From Squalus acanthias (taxonomy: Eukaryota): a stretch of 64,000 nucleotides of DNA. The stretch's first letter is position 1. Every line of letters starts with the position of its first letter. The position numbers were made by a program, and so were the translations under genes. The stretch lies in NCBI GenBank assembly GCA_030390025.1, contig CM059431.1:134914001-134978000 (forward strand). Reading direction: 5' to 3'. Below are positions 1 to 12,265 of the stretch, piece after piece. Under the pieces are notes generated by a model, which was not told the DNA's origin, searched no databases, and worked only from the letters and a program-made list of their open reading frames with translations.

Positions 1-1725
1 GTGTGTTTGATGTAGTCTACATGGATTTTAGCAAGGCTTTTGACTAGGTCCCACATGGCAGACTGGTCAGAAAAGTAAAAGCCCATGGGATCCAAGGGAA
101 AATGGCAAGATGGATCCAAAATTGGTTCAATGGCAGAAAGCAAAGGGTAATGGTCGATGGGTGTTTTTGTGACTGGAAGGGTGTTTTCAGTGGAGTACCG
201 CAAGGCTCAGTACTAGGTCCCTTGCTTTTTGTGGTATACATCAATGATTTACATTTCAATGTAGGAGGCATGATTAAGAAGTTTGCAGATGATACAAAAA
301 TTGGCCATGTGGTTGATGGTGAGGAAGAAAGCTGTACACTTCAGGAAGATATCAATGCCAGGTGGGCTTAAAAGTGGCAAATGGAATTCAATCCGGAGAA
401 TTGTGAGGTAATGCATTTGGGGAGGGCCAGCAAGGCAAGGGAATACACAATAAGTTGTAGGATACTAAGAAGTGTAGAGGAACAGAAGGACCTTGGAGTG
501 TATGTCCACAGATCCCTGAAGGTAGCAGGACAGGTAGATAAGGTGGTTAAGACGGCATATGGGATACTTTCCTTTATTAGCCGAAGCACAGAATATAAGA
601 GCAGGGGGGTTATGCTTGAACTGTAAAAAACGCGAGTGTTTGGCCACAGCTAGAGTACTGCGTACAGTTCTGGTCACCACACTGCCTAAGGAAGGATATA
701 CTTGCCATAGAGGGAGTGCAACAAAGGTTCACCAGACTGATTCCTGGGATGGGGGGATTGTCCTTTGGAGGAGAGATTGAGTAGACTAGGCCTACATTCT
801 CTAGAGTTTAGAAGAATAAGAGGTGATCTCATTGAAACATATAAAATTCTCATAGGGCTTGACAGGGTAGATGCAAGGAGTATGTTTCCCCTGGCTGGGG
901 AGTCCAGAACCAGGGGTCACATTCTCAGCACAAGGGGTCAGCCATTTAGGATTGAGATGAGGAGAAATTTCTTCACTCAGAGGGTGGTGAATCTTTGGAA
1001 TTCTCTACCCCAGAGGGCTGTGGAGGCTCAGTTGTTGAGTATATTCAAGACAGAGATCGATAGATTTTAGGATATTAACGGAATCAAGGGATATGGGGAT
1101 AGTGCAGGAAAGTGGAGTTGAGGTAGAAGATCAGCCATGATCTTATTGAATGGTGGAGCAGGCTCAAGGGGCCAAATGGCCTACTCCTGCTCCTATTTCT
1201 TATATTCTTTACAGGAAAGATGTGAATGCACTAGAGAGGGTACAGGGGTGATTTACGAGGATGTTACCAGGACTGGAAAATTTTAGCGATGAGAAAAGAT
1301 TGGATAGGCTGGGGTTGTTTTCTTTGGAACAGAAGAGGGTGAGGGGAGACTTGATTGAGGTGTATAAAATTATGAGGGGCCTAGATAGAGTGGAGAGGAA
1401 GGACCTATTTCCCTTAGCAGAGAGGTCAATAACCAGGGGGCAGAGATTTAAAGTCATTGGTAGAAGGATTAGAGGGAAGTTGAGGAGAACTTTTTTCACC
1501 CAGAGGGTTGTGGGGGTCTGGAACTCACTGCCTGAAAGGGTGGTAGAGGCAGAAACCCTCATCTAATTTTAAAAAGTACTTGGATATGCACTGGAGTGCT
1601 GTCCCCTACAGGGCTATGGACCAAGAGCTGGAAAGTGAGATTAGGCTGGATAGCACTTTTTCGGCCGGCACAGACACAATGGGCCAAATGGCCTTCTTCT
1701 GTGCTGTAAATTTCTATGATTCTAT
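1..1725 (+). mobile_element. CR1-type LINE, ORF2 RT C-terminus to 3' end, interrupted at 684-1209
   Basis: GVPQGSVLGP and KFADDTK motifs, stops and frameshifts, (TTCTATGA)n-like tail. Confidence 0.92.
684..1209 (+). mobile_element. 3' fragment of a second CR1 family nested in the first
   Basis: LEFRRIRGDLIETYKI...RRNFFTQRVVNLWNSLP; 3' end GGCCTACTCCTGCTCCTATTTCTTAT shared with the copies at 23769-25569 and 38857-40237. Confidence 0.88.
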
Positions 1726-2015
1726 GACACAGATTTAAGGTGATTTGCAAAAGAACCAGAGGCAACAGAAGGAAACTTTTTTTTTTTTAAACAGCGAGTT
1801 GTTTTGACCTGGAATGCACTGCCCGAAAGGGTGGTTGGTGGAAGCCGATTCAATAGTAACTTTCAAAAAAGATTAAGATAAATACTTGAAGGAAATAATT
1901 TACAGAGCTATGGGAAGGAGCAAAGGAGAAACTAATTGGATAGCTCTACCATAGAGCCAGCACAGGTACGATGTTCTGAATGGCCTCTTTCTGTGCTGTA
2001 ACATTCTATGATTCT
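1726..2015 (+). mobile_element. CR1 3' end fragment
   Basis: CACAGATTTAAGGT...TGGAATGCACTGCC...TTCTATGATTCT. Confidence 0.8.
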
Positions 2016-2204
2016 CACCACAGGTGGGGAAAGAATTTATATATTAAGAAAAGCAACAATTGATCAGCACGTATATGGTTAGAATCAGAGAATCAGAGGA
2101 TTTTAGGTATAACTAGCCAATTTAATAATGACTCCACTTAAACAAATCAGAAAATACATGCTGCCCTGCTTAAAGGTGCAAAGATTCTTAATAAAGTATG
2201 ATAT

Positions 2205-2575
2205 TACAATGGTTTAGTTGACATGTGTGCTGCATAGCATGGTACTAAGCAACACAGACCTGAAAATTCCAAATTTGATGCCTGATTTGTGCTAAGTGAG
2301 CTGATTCAGTCCAGCGACAGGAATTCTACAAATGACCCGAGTATGCCTGGGCTAGGGAGGGGAAGGAATCAGACAGGGTTTCCTTTATTCAATAACTCGC
2401 AGTTATGAGTCAGTGAGTGAACAGCATTGGGCTCAGCTACAATGCCATTCACAGTTGAATAACTTGCTGACAGTCGCTGTCTAGACTCACAAGAAGAACA
2501 CATCACTTTGGTTAGGTCATAGAGGGTTACCACTACCTGTGGAATCATGCCCCAGCATAGATTAGAAAAGCAGGG
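2205..2575 (+). repeat. Old SINE-like interspersed repeat, family unassigned
   Basis: Decayed tRNA-like head (TGGTTTAGTTG ... CCAAATTTGATGCC) followed by a body resembling recalled old shark SINEs. Confidence 0.35.
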
Positions 2576-2614
2576 AGAAACTGATGAATCAAATTTGAAG
2601 GATATGAATATGGG

Positions 2615-3150
2615 CAGTTGTTAGATTAGGCAGTTAGATGCCAGATGCAATATAATGTGGACAAATGAAAGGGAGGAAGAATAAAGAGGACATATGTACT
2701 ATTAACATGCAAGAATAGAGATGGGTTCAGAAACACAAATCCTTAAAAGTGGAAAGAAAAGTTGATAAATCTGTTCAAAAAAAACCACATATAGATCCTA
2801 CATCTTAAAAATAGAGTACAAAAGCAAAGAGGTAATGTTCAACCTATATAACTCACTGATTAGGCCTTAGTTAGAATATTGTAGCCAGTTTTGAGAGCCT
2901 TACCTTAGAAAGTATGTTAAGGCCATGGAGAAAGAATTCACTAAGATACTAGGGGTGAGAGGCTTTAGTTATGAGGAGAGACTGCAGGAATTGGGGCTAT
3001 TTTCCTTAGCACAAAGAAGGTTAAGAGGAGATTGAATAGGTGTTCAAAATTATGAGAGGTTTTGATAAGATAAATCAGGAAAAAAACTATTTCCAATGGT
3101 CAGTAACTAGGCCATAAATAGAAAACTGCTAAAAAAAAATTAGGAGAATT
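2615..3150 (+). mobile_element. Heavily decayed CR1 ORF2 C-terminal fragment
   Basis: Remnants of WQMQYNVDK, RP.LEYC and RRLRGDLI coding sequence. Confidence 0.7.
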
Positions 3151-3711
3151 ATCATAGAATCATAGAATGGTTACAGCACAGAAGGAGGCCAGCTCTCTGC
3201 AAGAGCACTTCCGCTAGTCCCACTCCCTCGCCCTTTCCCCGTAGCCCTGCAATTTGTTTTCCTTCAGGTACTTATCCAATTCCCTTATGAAAGCCACGAT
3301 TGAATCGGTCTCCACCACAGGCAGTACATACCAAATCCTAACCACTCGCTGCGTAAAAAAGCTTTTGCTCATGTCGCCTTTGGTTCTTCTGCCAATCACC
3401 TTAAATCTGTGTCCTCTGGTTCTCAACCCTTCCACCAATGGGAACAGTTTCTCTCTATCTACTCTGTCTAGACCCCTCATGATTTTGAACACTTCCATCA
3501 AATCTCCGTTCAACCTTCTCTGCTCTCAGGAGAACAACCCCAGCTTCTCCAGTCTATCCACGTAACTGAAGTCCCTCATCCCTGGAACCATTCTTGTAAA
3601 TTTTTTCTGCACCCTCTCGAAGGCCTTCACATCCTTCCTACAGTACTCCAATTGAGGCTGAACCAGTGTTTTATACAGGTTCATCATAACTTCCTTGATT
3701 TTGAACTCTAT

Positions 3712-4574
3712 GGGGGGAATTTTGCCGGCACTCAGGGGGCGGGTTTGGAGGCGGGACATCTGGTAAAATTGCATAGACTGACAGCGGATCGGAAACCCGC
3801 TGTCAACCCACCTCCAATTAATCTTCCCAGGTGTCGGGTCCCTGATTTCCGCAGGGACCCGACACCTAGCGGCGGGAAGATTATAGGCACTTAACTGTTT
3901 GTTAACAGGTTGTTAACAGGAAGTTAAGAGGCTTTTTGCAATTTTGACAGGTCTACTGCGGGCTTCCCAATGTCCGGATACCACACCAGGTAAGTGTGGC
4001 GTGCTGTGGGTCTACTGTAATGTTTGTGCATTGATGATAGCTGCAGAAGTGGTGTGAAGGATCCAATGGTACACTGGTGAGTTTCAGAGGTACAAAAATG
4101 TTGGGAAAATTATTTTTAATGCATTTAGACTTTTCTGTAGGTGACAAGTTTTGAATTGTTTCTGTAGTCCCACCTCATTGGGAGAACCTCTCTCACCAGT
4201 GACAGATTGCTTCTGTAACCTCACCTGCAGCTGCCATCTGTTCTAGCATAAGGAGTGAGTCACTGGAGAGCCTGAGTGCAAGGGCTCACCTTTGTACAGT
4301 GATTGTCAGTGTTTGCAGCACCTCAATGCTGTCAAACACTGAAAAATCAGCTGTCAAAAAAAATTGTGCGTGGCCCCTTTAAGAAAACCGGTAGATAACA
4401 CATCAACTGACGTCATCTGACACCGGCTTTCTCTTAATTGGCTGGCAAGCCTGCAGGGCGGGCTTAACAAGGCCAAATGACACAAAATCGCGTCTGATAT
4501 CGTTGGGGGCGGGACTGGAACCCAGAAGGCAGCTGTCCCGCCCCCAAGCCGCATCGAGAGCAAAAATCGCGGCC
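3712..4574. mobile_element. Non-autonomous Harbinger-type element (MITE)
   Basis: Ends GGGGGGAATTTT ... AAAATCGCGGCC; TAT duplicated at 3709-3711 and 4575-4577; host CR1 rejoins across it. Confidence 0.75.
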
Positions 4575-5369
4575 TATGCCTCTATTTATGAAGCCCAGGA
4601 TCCCGTATGCTTTTTTAACCACTTTCTCAACCTGCCCTGCCACCTTCAACGATTTGTGCACATATACCCCCAGGTCTCTCTGTTCATGCACCCACTTTAG
4701 AATTGTACTGTTTATTTTCTAATGCATCTCCTCGTTCTTCCTACCAAAATTTGTCACTTCTTACTTTTCTGCGTTAAATTTCATCTTGCACCCTTTTTGA
4801 ACAAGGGTGTAACATTTTCAATTATCCAGTCCTCTGGCACCAGCCCCGTATCCAAGGAGGATTGGGAAATTATGGCCAATACCTCTGCAATTTCCACCTT
4901 TACTTCCCTCAGCATCCTAGGATGCAGCCCATCCAGTCCTGGTGACTTATCTATTTTAAGTACAGCCAGCCTTTCTAGTACCTCCTCCTTATCAATTTTT
5001 ATCCCATCCAGTATCTCAACTACCTCCTCTTTCACCATGACTTTGGCAGCAACTTCTTCCTTAGTAAAGACAGATGCAAAGAACTCATTTAGTACCTCAG
5101 CCATGCCCTCTGTCTCCATACGTAGGTTTCCATTTTGGTCCCTAATCGGCCCCACCCGTCCACTTACTACCCGTTTACTATTTATATGCCTACAGAAGAC
5201 TTCTGGATTACCTTTAATGTTAGCTGCCAATCTATTCTCATATTCTCTTTGCCCCTCTTATTTTCTTTTTCACTTCCCCTCTGATCTTTCTATATTCAGC
5301 CTGGTTCTCACTTGTATTCTCAACCCGACATCTGTCATACACGCCCTTTTTCTGCTTCATCATATTCTC

Positions 5370-6104
5370 AGGCCACGAAATTCGGATTGTTTGCGCCTCC
5401 CGTTAGCACCTGGCGGGTGCACTAAGGGGTTAACGGCCAGGCACGGCGAAGGCAGCGACGCCCGCTAACTTCAGTGCCGGTTTAGCGCTGGCACGAACTC
5501 TTACCACCTCGACCTCTAGTGCCTCGTAGATCGTGATGTCATCAAGTGCGCAATGCCCCATTAGCCCCCTGCATTATTGCCTCACGCTGACAACGCCAGC
5601 AAGAGGAGGTGTTCTGAAGTCAGATGGCCACTTCAGGAGCGGTAATTAAAAGGAATGCTTTTCAGATCGCTGAACCATTATTATTTGCACCAGTCTGGTG
5701 CCTGCGCAAAGTTTTCACTCTTTCATCGTTGCAGGATGTCCAAGCCCTCCACTTCGTGACGGTGTTTGGGGCTGTATTCGTAGTCGCCTTGCAAGACTGC
5801 AGTGCCAACAAATAGCTTCTGGTGCAGTATTGTCCCTTGCCTTTAAGCGAGGGAAGCAGCCTCTGTGATTGAAGCGTGCCGTCTGGAATGCGCTGCAAAT
5901 TGTCTCGCGCTCTGCTGGTACCGCCCTGCTTTCCGACTTTAGCGCCCCAAGCGAAGTGGTTAGCGCTTGATTTAGCGCTCCATTTCCCTCTTGGAGCACT
6001 ACAACTGAATTCTGCGGGAGCCCATCATCATTAGCGCCTGGCGCTAATTTCTCAGCTATCAAGGTTTTAGCGCCCCAAACGGGGCTAGAATGAATTTCTC
6101 CCCC
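5370..6104. mobile_element. Harbinger-type MITE
   Basis: Ends GGCCACGAAATT ... AATTTCTCCCC, probable 3-bp TSD (CTC), repeated TAGCGCC motifs; host CR1 rejoins across it. Confidence 0.72.
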
Positions 6105-6357
6105 TCTATCTCTTTCATCATCCAGGGAGCTCCGGCTTTGGTTGCCCTACCTTTCCCCCCTCGTGGGAATGTATATCGACTGTAACCGAACCATCTCCTC
6201 TTTAAAGGCAGCCCATTTTGTTCGATTACAGTTTTGCCTGCTAATCTTTGATTCCAATTTACCCGGGCCAGATCCATTCTCATCCCACTGAAATTAGCCT
6301 TCCTCCAATTAAATATTTTTATTCTAGATTGCTCCCTGTCCTGTTCCATAGCTAATC

Positions 6358-8110
6358 TTTTTTAAAAATTCGTTGATGGGATGTGGGTGTCGCTGGCAAG
6401 GCCAGCATTTATTGCCCATCCCTAATTGCCCTCGAGAAGGTGGTGGTGAGCCGCCTTCTTGAACCGCTGCAGTCCGTGGGGTGAAGGTACTCCCACAGAG
6501 CTGTTAGGGAGGGAGTTCCAGGATTTTGGCTCAGCGACGATGAAGGATCAGCGATATACTTCTAAGTCAGGATGGTGTCTGACTTGGAGGGGAACTTGGA
6601 GGTGATGGTGTTCCCATGCGCCCGCGGCTCTCGTTCTTCTCGGTGGAAGAGGTCGCGGGTTTGGGAGGTGCTGCCAAAGAAGCCTTGGCGAGTTGCTGCA
6701 GTGCATCTTGTAAATGGTACACACTGCAGCCACGGTACGCCGGTGGTGGAGGGAGTGCCAATCAAGCAGGCTGCTTTATCCTGGATGGTGTCGAGCTTCT
6801 TGAATGTTGTTGGAGCTGCACTCATCCAGGCAAGTGGATAGTATTCCATCACACTCCTGACATGTGTCTTGTAGATGGTGGAAAGGCTTTGGGGAGTCAG
6901 GAGGTGAGACACTCACCACAGAATACCTAGCCTCTGACCTGCTCTTGTTGCCACAGTATTTATGTGGCTGGTCCAGTTAAGTTTCTGGTCAATGGTGACC
7001 CCCAGGATGTTGATGGTGGGGGATTCGGTGATGGTAAAGCCATTGCTTGTCAAGAGGCAGTGGTTAGACTCTCGCTTGTTGGAGATAGTCACTGCCTGGC
7101 ACTTCTGTGGCACGAATGTTACCTGCCACTTATCAGCCCAAGCCTGAATGTCGTTTAGGTCTTGTTGCATGCGGTCATGGACTGCTTCATTATCTGAGGC
7201 GTTGTGAATGGTGCTGAACACTGTGCAGTCATCAGCAAACATCCCCATTTCTGACCTTATGTTAGAGGGAAGGTCATTGATGAAGCAGCTGAAGATGGTT
7301 GGGCCCAGGACACTGCCCTGAGGAACTCCTGCAGCGATGTCCTGGGGCTGTGATGATTGACCTTCAACCATCACAACCATCTTCCTTTGTGCTAGGCATG
7401 ACTCCAGCCAGTGGAAGGTTTTCTCCCCAATTCCCATTGACTTCAGTTCGACTAGGGCTCCTTGATGCCACACTCGGTCAAATGCTGCCTTGATGTCAAG
7501 GGCAGTCACTCTCACCTCACCTCTGGAATTCAGCTCCTTTGTCCATGTTTGGACCAAGGCTGTAATGAGGTTGGGAGCCGAGTGGTCTTGGCGGAACCCA
7601 AACTTAGCATCAGTGAGCAGGTTATTGGTGAGTAAGTGCCGCTTGATAGCACTATCGACGACACCTTCCATCACTTTGCTGATGATTGAGAGTGGACTGA
7701 TGGGACGGTAATTGGCCAGATTGGATTTGTCCTGCTTTTTGTGGACAGGACATACCTGGGCAGTTTTCCCCATTGTCGGATAGATGCCAGTGTTGTAGCT
7801 GTACTGGAAAAGCTTGGCCAGAGGCGCGGCTAGTTCTGGAACACAAGTCTTCAGCACGATAGCTGGGATGTTGTCGGGGCCCATAGCCTTTGCTGTATCC
7901 AGTGCGCTCAGCCGTTTCTTGATATCACGTGGAGTGAATCGAATTGGCTGAAGACTGGCTTCTGTGATGGTGGGGACCTCAGGAGTAGGCCAATATGGAT
8001 CATCCACTCGGCACTTCTGGCTGAAGATGGTTGCAAACGCTTCAGCTTTGTCTTTTGCACTCACGTGCTGGGCTCTACCATCATTGGGGATGGGGATATT
8101 CGTGGAATAT
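6358..8110 (-). mobile_element. Divergent jockey-group (CR1/Crack/Daphne-like) LINE, 5'-truncated
   Basis: 383-aa RT ORF at 6913-8064 (ALDIKAAFDRVWH, GVPQGSVLGP, MFADD); 3' end GGGCAATAAATGCTGGCCTTGCCAGCGAC differs from the other CR1 families here. Confidence 0.85.
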
Positions 8111-8829
8111 CCTTATGATACGGTGATCACTGTTCCCTAAATGCTCCCCTACCGACACTTGCTCTACTTGACCCACCTCATTCCCCAGAAACAGATCCAG
8201 CAATGCCTCCTCCCTCGTTGGGCCAGAACTGATCAAGAAAGTTCTCCTGAACACACTTCAGAAATTCTTCCCCCTCTCTGCCCTTTACATTATTACTATC
8301 CCAGTCTATTTTGGGATAGTTGAAGTCCCCCATTATCACTACTCTATAGTTCTTGCACCTCTCTAATTTCCCTGCAAATTTGCTCCTCCATATCCATCCT
8401 ACTAGTTGGTGGCCTATAGAATACACCTAGCAGTGTAATGGCACCTCTATTGTTTCTCAACTCTAACCAAATAGATTCTGTCCTTGACCCCTCCAGGACA
8501 TTCTCTCTCTCCAGCACTGTTATATTCTCCTTAATCAATACTGCCACACCACCTCCTTTCTTTACTTCCCTATCTTTATCTGAACATCTTATATCCAAGA
8601 ATATTTAGTACCCAATCCTGCCCTTTTTTGAGCCAGGTCTCCGTTATCGTCACATCATATTCCCATGTGTCTATTTGCGCCTGTAGCTCACCAACCTTAT
8701 TTACCACACTTCGTGCATTCACACACATGCACTGTAAACCTATCTTAGACCACCTTATTTTATTTTATTTTATTTTTAAGCGGGGGGGGGGGGGGGGGGG
8801 GCGGGCGGTTGTTGGAAATTAAAATGTCA

Positions 8830-9010
8830 GTGGTGGAAGCAGAGTCAGTAATAGCCTTTGAAAGGGAAGTGGATAACTATTTGAAACAAAGAAAATAAAA
8901 GTAGGGGAAAAAGGCAGGGAAAGGAACTAAACGGTTTGCTTTTTCAAAAAGCCAGCATCAGTGCGATAAGCCAAATGGCCTACTTCTGTGTTATAAAATT
9001 CTATAACTCT
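8830..9010 (+). mobile_element. Decayed CR1 3' end
   Basis: GTGGTGGAAGCAGAG...CCAAATGGCCTACTTCTGTG...TTCTATAACTCT. Confidence 0.65.
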
Positions 9011-10111
9011 AGGAGCTAAGCATAAGTAGTTATGTGAAATGGAGAGGAATCTGCAAAACATACAAACCAACAGAGAGAATTATGTAAAACATATTAAATG
9101 AAGGAAACCATTTTTTGGAAACAACATCAGCAAAGACTGTAAATAATTGGGTCTTGCAAAAAATACAATAAAATGCACTGCAGACTTAATTTATTATTTT
9201 ATATGTATTTGTTCCTGTTGTTTTCGGTCAAATTAAAATACATGACAGTAAGCATTCCATGCAGAAAATAAGGATGGTTTTTACCCTTTTAAATAAGCCA
9301 GGAAATTCCTGCACATTGCACTTCATAGCACATAGTTAACCACATTTATGTTGTTTGAATTATATAAACCAATTTAACAGCAACAAATGTCATTCCATAC
9401 TGTTAACGGTAAAACCCCACATAATAACATTTTACTATAAAAAAGGATTTAAGAAAACAATTACAAGATTAATAAAAGATTAAATCATTCTGATATAACA
9501 TTCAGTCACTGAGGGACAGTCTACTGTACTGTCGCAAATGGGACAGCTACTCCTAATGTAGGCTTAGTGCAACAAAAATGTTAAACAATGCCTGGTAGTG
9601 TGATTTTTCCTGAGTGCCCCTAATAATCTGGAAGTCAGTAATTACCAATAAATCTTTATGCTGCTTTTGCACATCAATTATTGGGGGGATGGGGAGAAAG
9701 AGAGATTGATAATACTATATGTAGTTGTTTAAAACCACACCTGGAGATAGAGAGATCGAGAGCGAGAGATACACTACATACCTTTTCTTGATCTTACCCA
9801 AGTTCAAACTCTATTAAGAGAAATTTTGATGAAAGAGCTGCTTTTCCAATCCCACAAAATTGTTATAAGCTTTACTGCTTTTCCATTACATTGATATGTA
9901 CCAATTTCAAAGTGTCAGGTGACGTCCTTTCCAAGTCACTGCAACTGGTGCCTCTAAAATCACTGCTAAAAAGTAGTGGACACAACATACTGTATGCAAC
10001 AGTCTCTGTGTTTGCTACTGTCGTTCATGTCAGGATCATTCAGTGAACAAGTGGAATCAAACTATATTGTTCATCCCATCAGTTCTTCACTGCTCAAAAG
10101 AATGGTTCACT

Positions 10112-10505
10112 TGGAGACTGGGTGGCACAATGAGAATGAGATGAACACTGTACTTTCATCTCTGGGGCCTGGGTTTAAATCCAGCTGAGACTGGTTGAAA
10201 ATTTCTTCTGTCTACTGTAACTGAAAATCGGTTTGGACAGCCTTAGTCCCAGTGGGCATGAGCCTATAACACAAGCCTTCCCCTAATTCAGCATTAATGT
10301 TATTAAGGGAGGACATAGGAATGGATAGTATTGGAAATGGTACAAATGGTGCATTAGGGGTGCAATTCTAACATTGGAGCCAAGGCACACTCCTATGGCA
10401 GAGTACAGCGACCATTACTCTTCATATGAATGACTAAAGACTAGCTTAAGAATGACCTTGAATGTCCAAAGCACCAACATCCTTAACTTGTTGAGCAAAA
10501 AAAAA
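10112..10505 (+). repeat. Ancient tRNA-derived SINE, LF-SINE-like
   Basis: CTTTCATCTCTGGGGCCTGGGTTTAAATCCAGC B-box region and downstream blocks resemble the recalled LF-SINE consensus; A-rich end. Confidence 0.5.
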
Positions 10506-11153
10506 AATCTAACCATGCGAATACCTGAAAAAAAGACAGTATACCATTCTCCTGTAATAATATCCCGCACCTTGAGGAGCACAATAATTATTTTCTAAAG
10601 TCAAAAAGTATGTAGCTCACATGTACAATTTTGGCCAATCTAAAACTAACAGATGTAGTATGAATAGACATTTAAAAACAAAAGTAGGGAAAGGCAGCTT
10701 TGTACTCATGGTAGGGATAATGAGAAGGGTGTGTATTGAGACTTGTCATTTCTAAAAGTTTGAAGTAAAGTGCTGTTTGGTCCAAAGCAATCAATGGAGC
10801 TGATGACTGTACTCTTGTCCCTATAATGGCCCAAGTAAATTTGTTACACCTACAATTTTATGCCCCAAAACATCAATATAGGCAAGTCCAGGGTGAAGAA
10901 AGCCTTACCTGCATTTTTAGTTTACCCATAGTTAATAAACAAAAATTGACAAGAGTAAAAATGGGCAACATAGTTCATACACCCAGAAATGCCCTGTGTG
11001 AGCCAATGCACAAGGTTATGAACAGGTTGGGAACAAATCTATTACAGTTTACAAACCTGGGCATTTCCATAATTTGAAAATTTAAATGAAGTGAAGTGTG
11101 GTTGTATGTGCATGTATTTGTAAAAATAAACAAAGACATTACTTTAAGTTTCT

Positions 11154-11803
11154 GGGGGAAAAATTCGGTTGCTAACTTGGCGCAAAGCAACTAGTGCCCG
11201 GGCACGGTGCCGCTATCGCCTCCCTCGAAATTCAGTGGGAGATTAGTGGTAGTGGTAGCACCCCGCCTCCAGCAATGACGTCATCGCCATGCGCAGCGCC
11301 CCGGCCGCAAACTTGTCTCGCGCCCCCGACCTACCGCTGGACGCTATGTCCGACAGGGTCAGGGGGACGTTTTTGCAGCCGGGGCGGCGATAATTAAAGG
11401 GCAGGTGCCGGGCAGCCATTTTCTTTGGGCCGCCTGCCAGCACCTGCCTCCTCTCGCCTCCTCAGGCGGGGTGCCGGCCGCGATCGGGCAGCCTTGAGTG
11501 CCGGGCTCTTTTGCAGGCACCCCGCTCCCCCGGTGCTCCAGCAGGGCCCCGGTGCGCACTGTGCTAGGCCCCTCCCCTTTAATCAGGGAAGGGAGGCCTG
11601 CTGTACCACGGCGCTACGTGCCGGTGCGAGTGGGGCTGCTGCACGTAGCGCCGCAATATTCAATGGGAGCGCCCCAAGAGGGAGGGGGAGCGCTTCCAGT
11701 AGCGCCCCGCTTCCTGCTCGAGGCACTACCATTGAATTTCGGGCGCAGGTAGCACCCCGGCGAGGTTATCGCCCCAAAGGGGGCGCGAGCCAATTTTCCC
11801 CCC
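11154..11803. mobile_element. GC/CpG-rich Harbinger-type MITE, same family as 28060-28768
   Basis: Ends GGGGGAAAAATT ... AATTTTCCCCCC; collinear similarity to the 28060 copy. Confidence 0.8.
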
Positions 11804-12265
11804 TGTATCTTTAAGCTGGTAATTCAGATCCTCCTCTACAGGAGATTGCTGGCATTGAGAAACATGCACTAAGCTAAAAATGAATTGAAATTTAGCTAAG
11901 CATCCATAAACTTAAAAAGGGAAAACTATCTCCACAGATGGTCAAAATTGTTTCTTGTTGGCTCATTCTGAAGTATACTTGGGTGATACAGGATTCATCC
12001 CCTCCAGGCAGCTTTTTTCAGTTGCACTAATGAACTAGATTTTTTTAAATATATTTTTTGACATGAATTAAAATTCCCTTTCTATTTTAAATGTCCCTGT
12101 CAATGAAGTATTTTAAAAAAAAAGGGGATTGCAGTTTTAAGGTGCTTCAATGGTCTTCATTTTCTTTTATTAGAGAAGCGTTTCATTGAAGTAATTTTTT
12201 TGTGCCATGGTCTCTTGCACCCAACAAAGCTGACTTCAACATAGCATGAAGATCACCACACGTAC

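Larger units (their letters stand above)
3151..8760 (-). mobile_element. CR1 LINE (EN-RT-3' end, internal deletion) split by two MITEs and another LINE
   Basis: Collinear minus-strand pieces at 8115-8760 (APE endonuclease), 6105-6357, 4787-5368, 4575-4786 and 3151-3711 (3' end). Confidence 0.85.

Noticed and set aside
8781..8800. Poly-G run as a G-quadruplex element
   Set aside because: A simple homopolymer at a LINE junction; its length may be a sequencing artefact.
11194..11814. Overlapping Ala/Arg/Gly/Pro-rich ORFs, also at 28245-28797
   Set aside because: By-products of GC-rich MITE sequence; the frames are not conserved between the two copies.
1..12265. Next UGGT exon (expected IAADEPPP...)
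   Set aside because: No matching sequence found; the candidate donor near 9781 has no UGGT-like open frame. The exon presumably lies left of the window.
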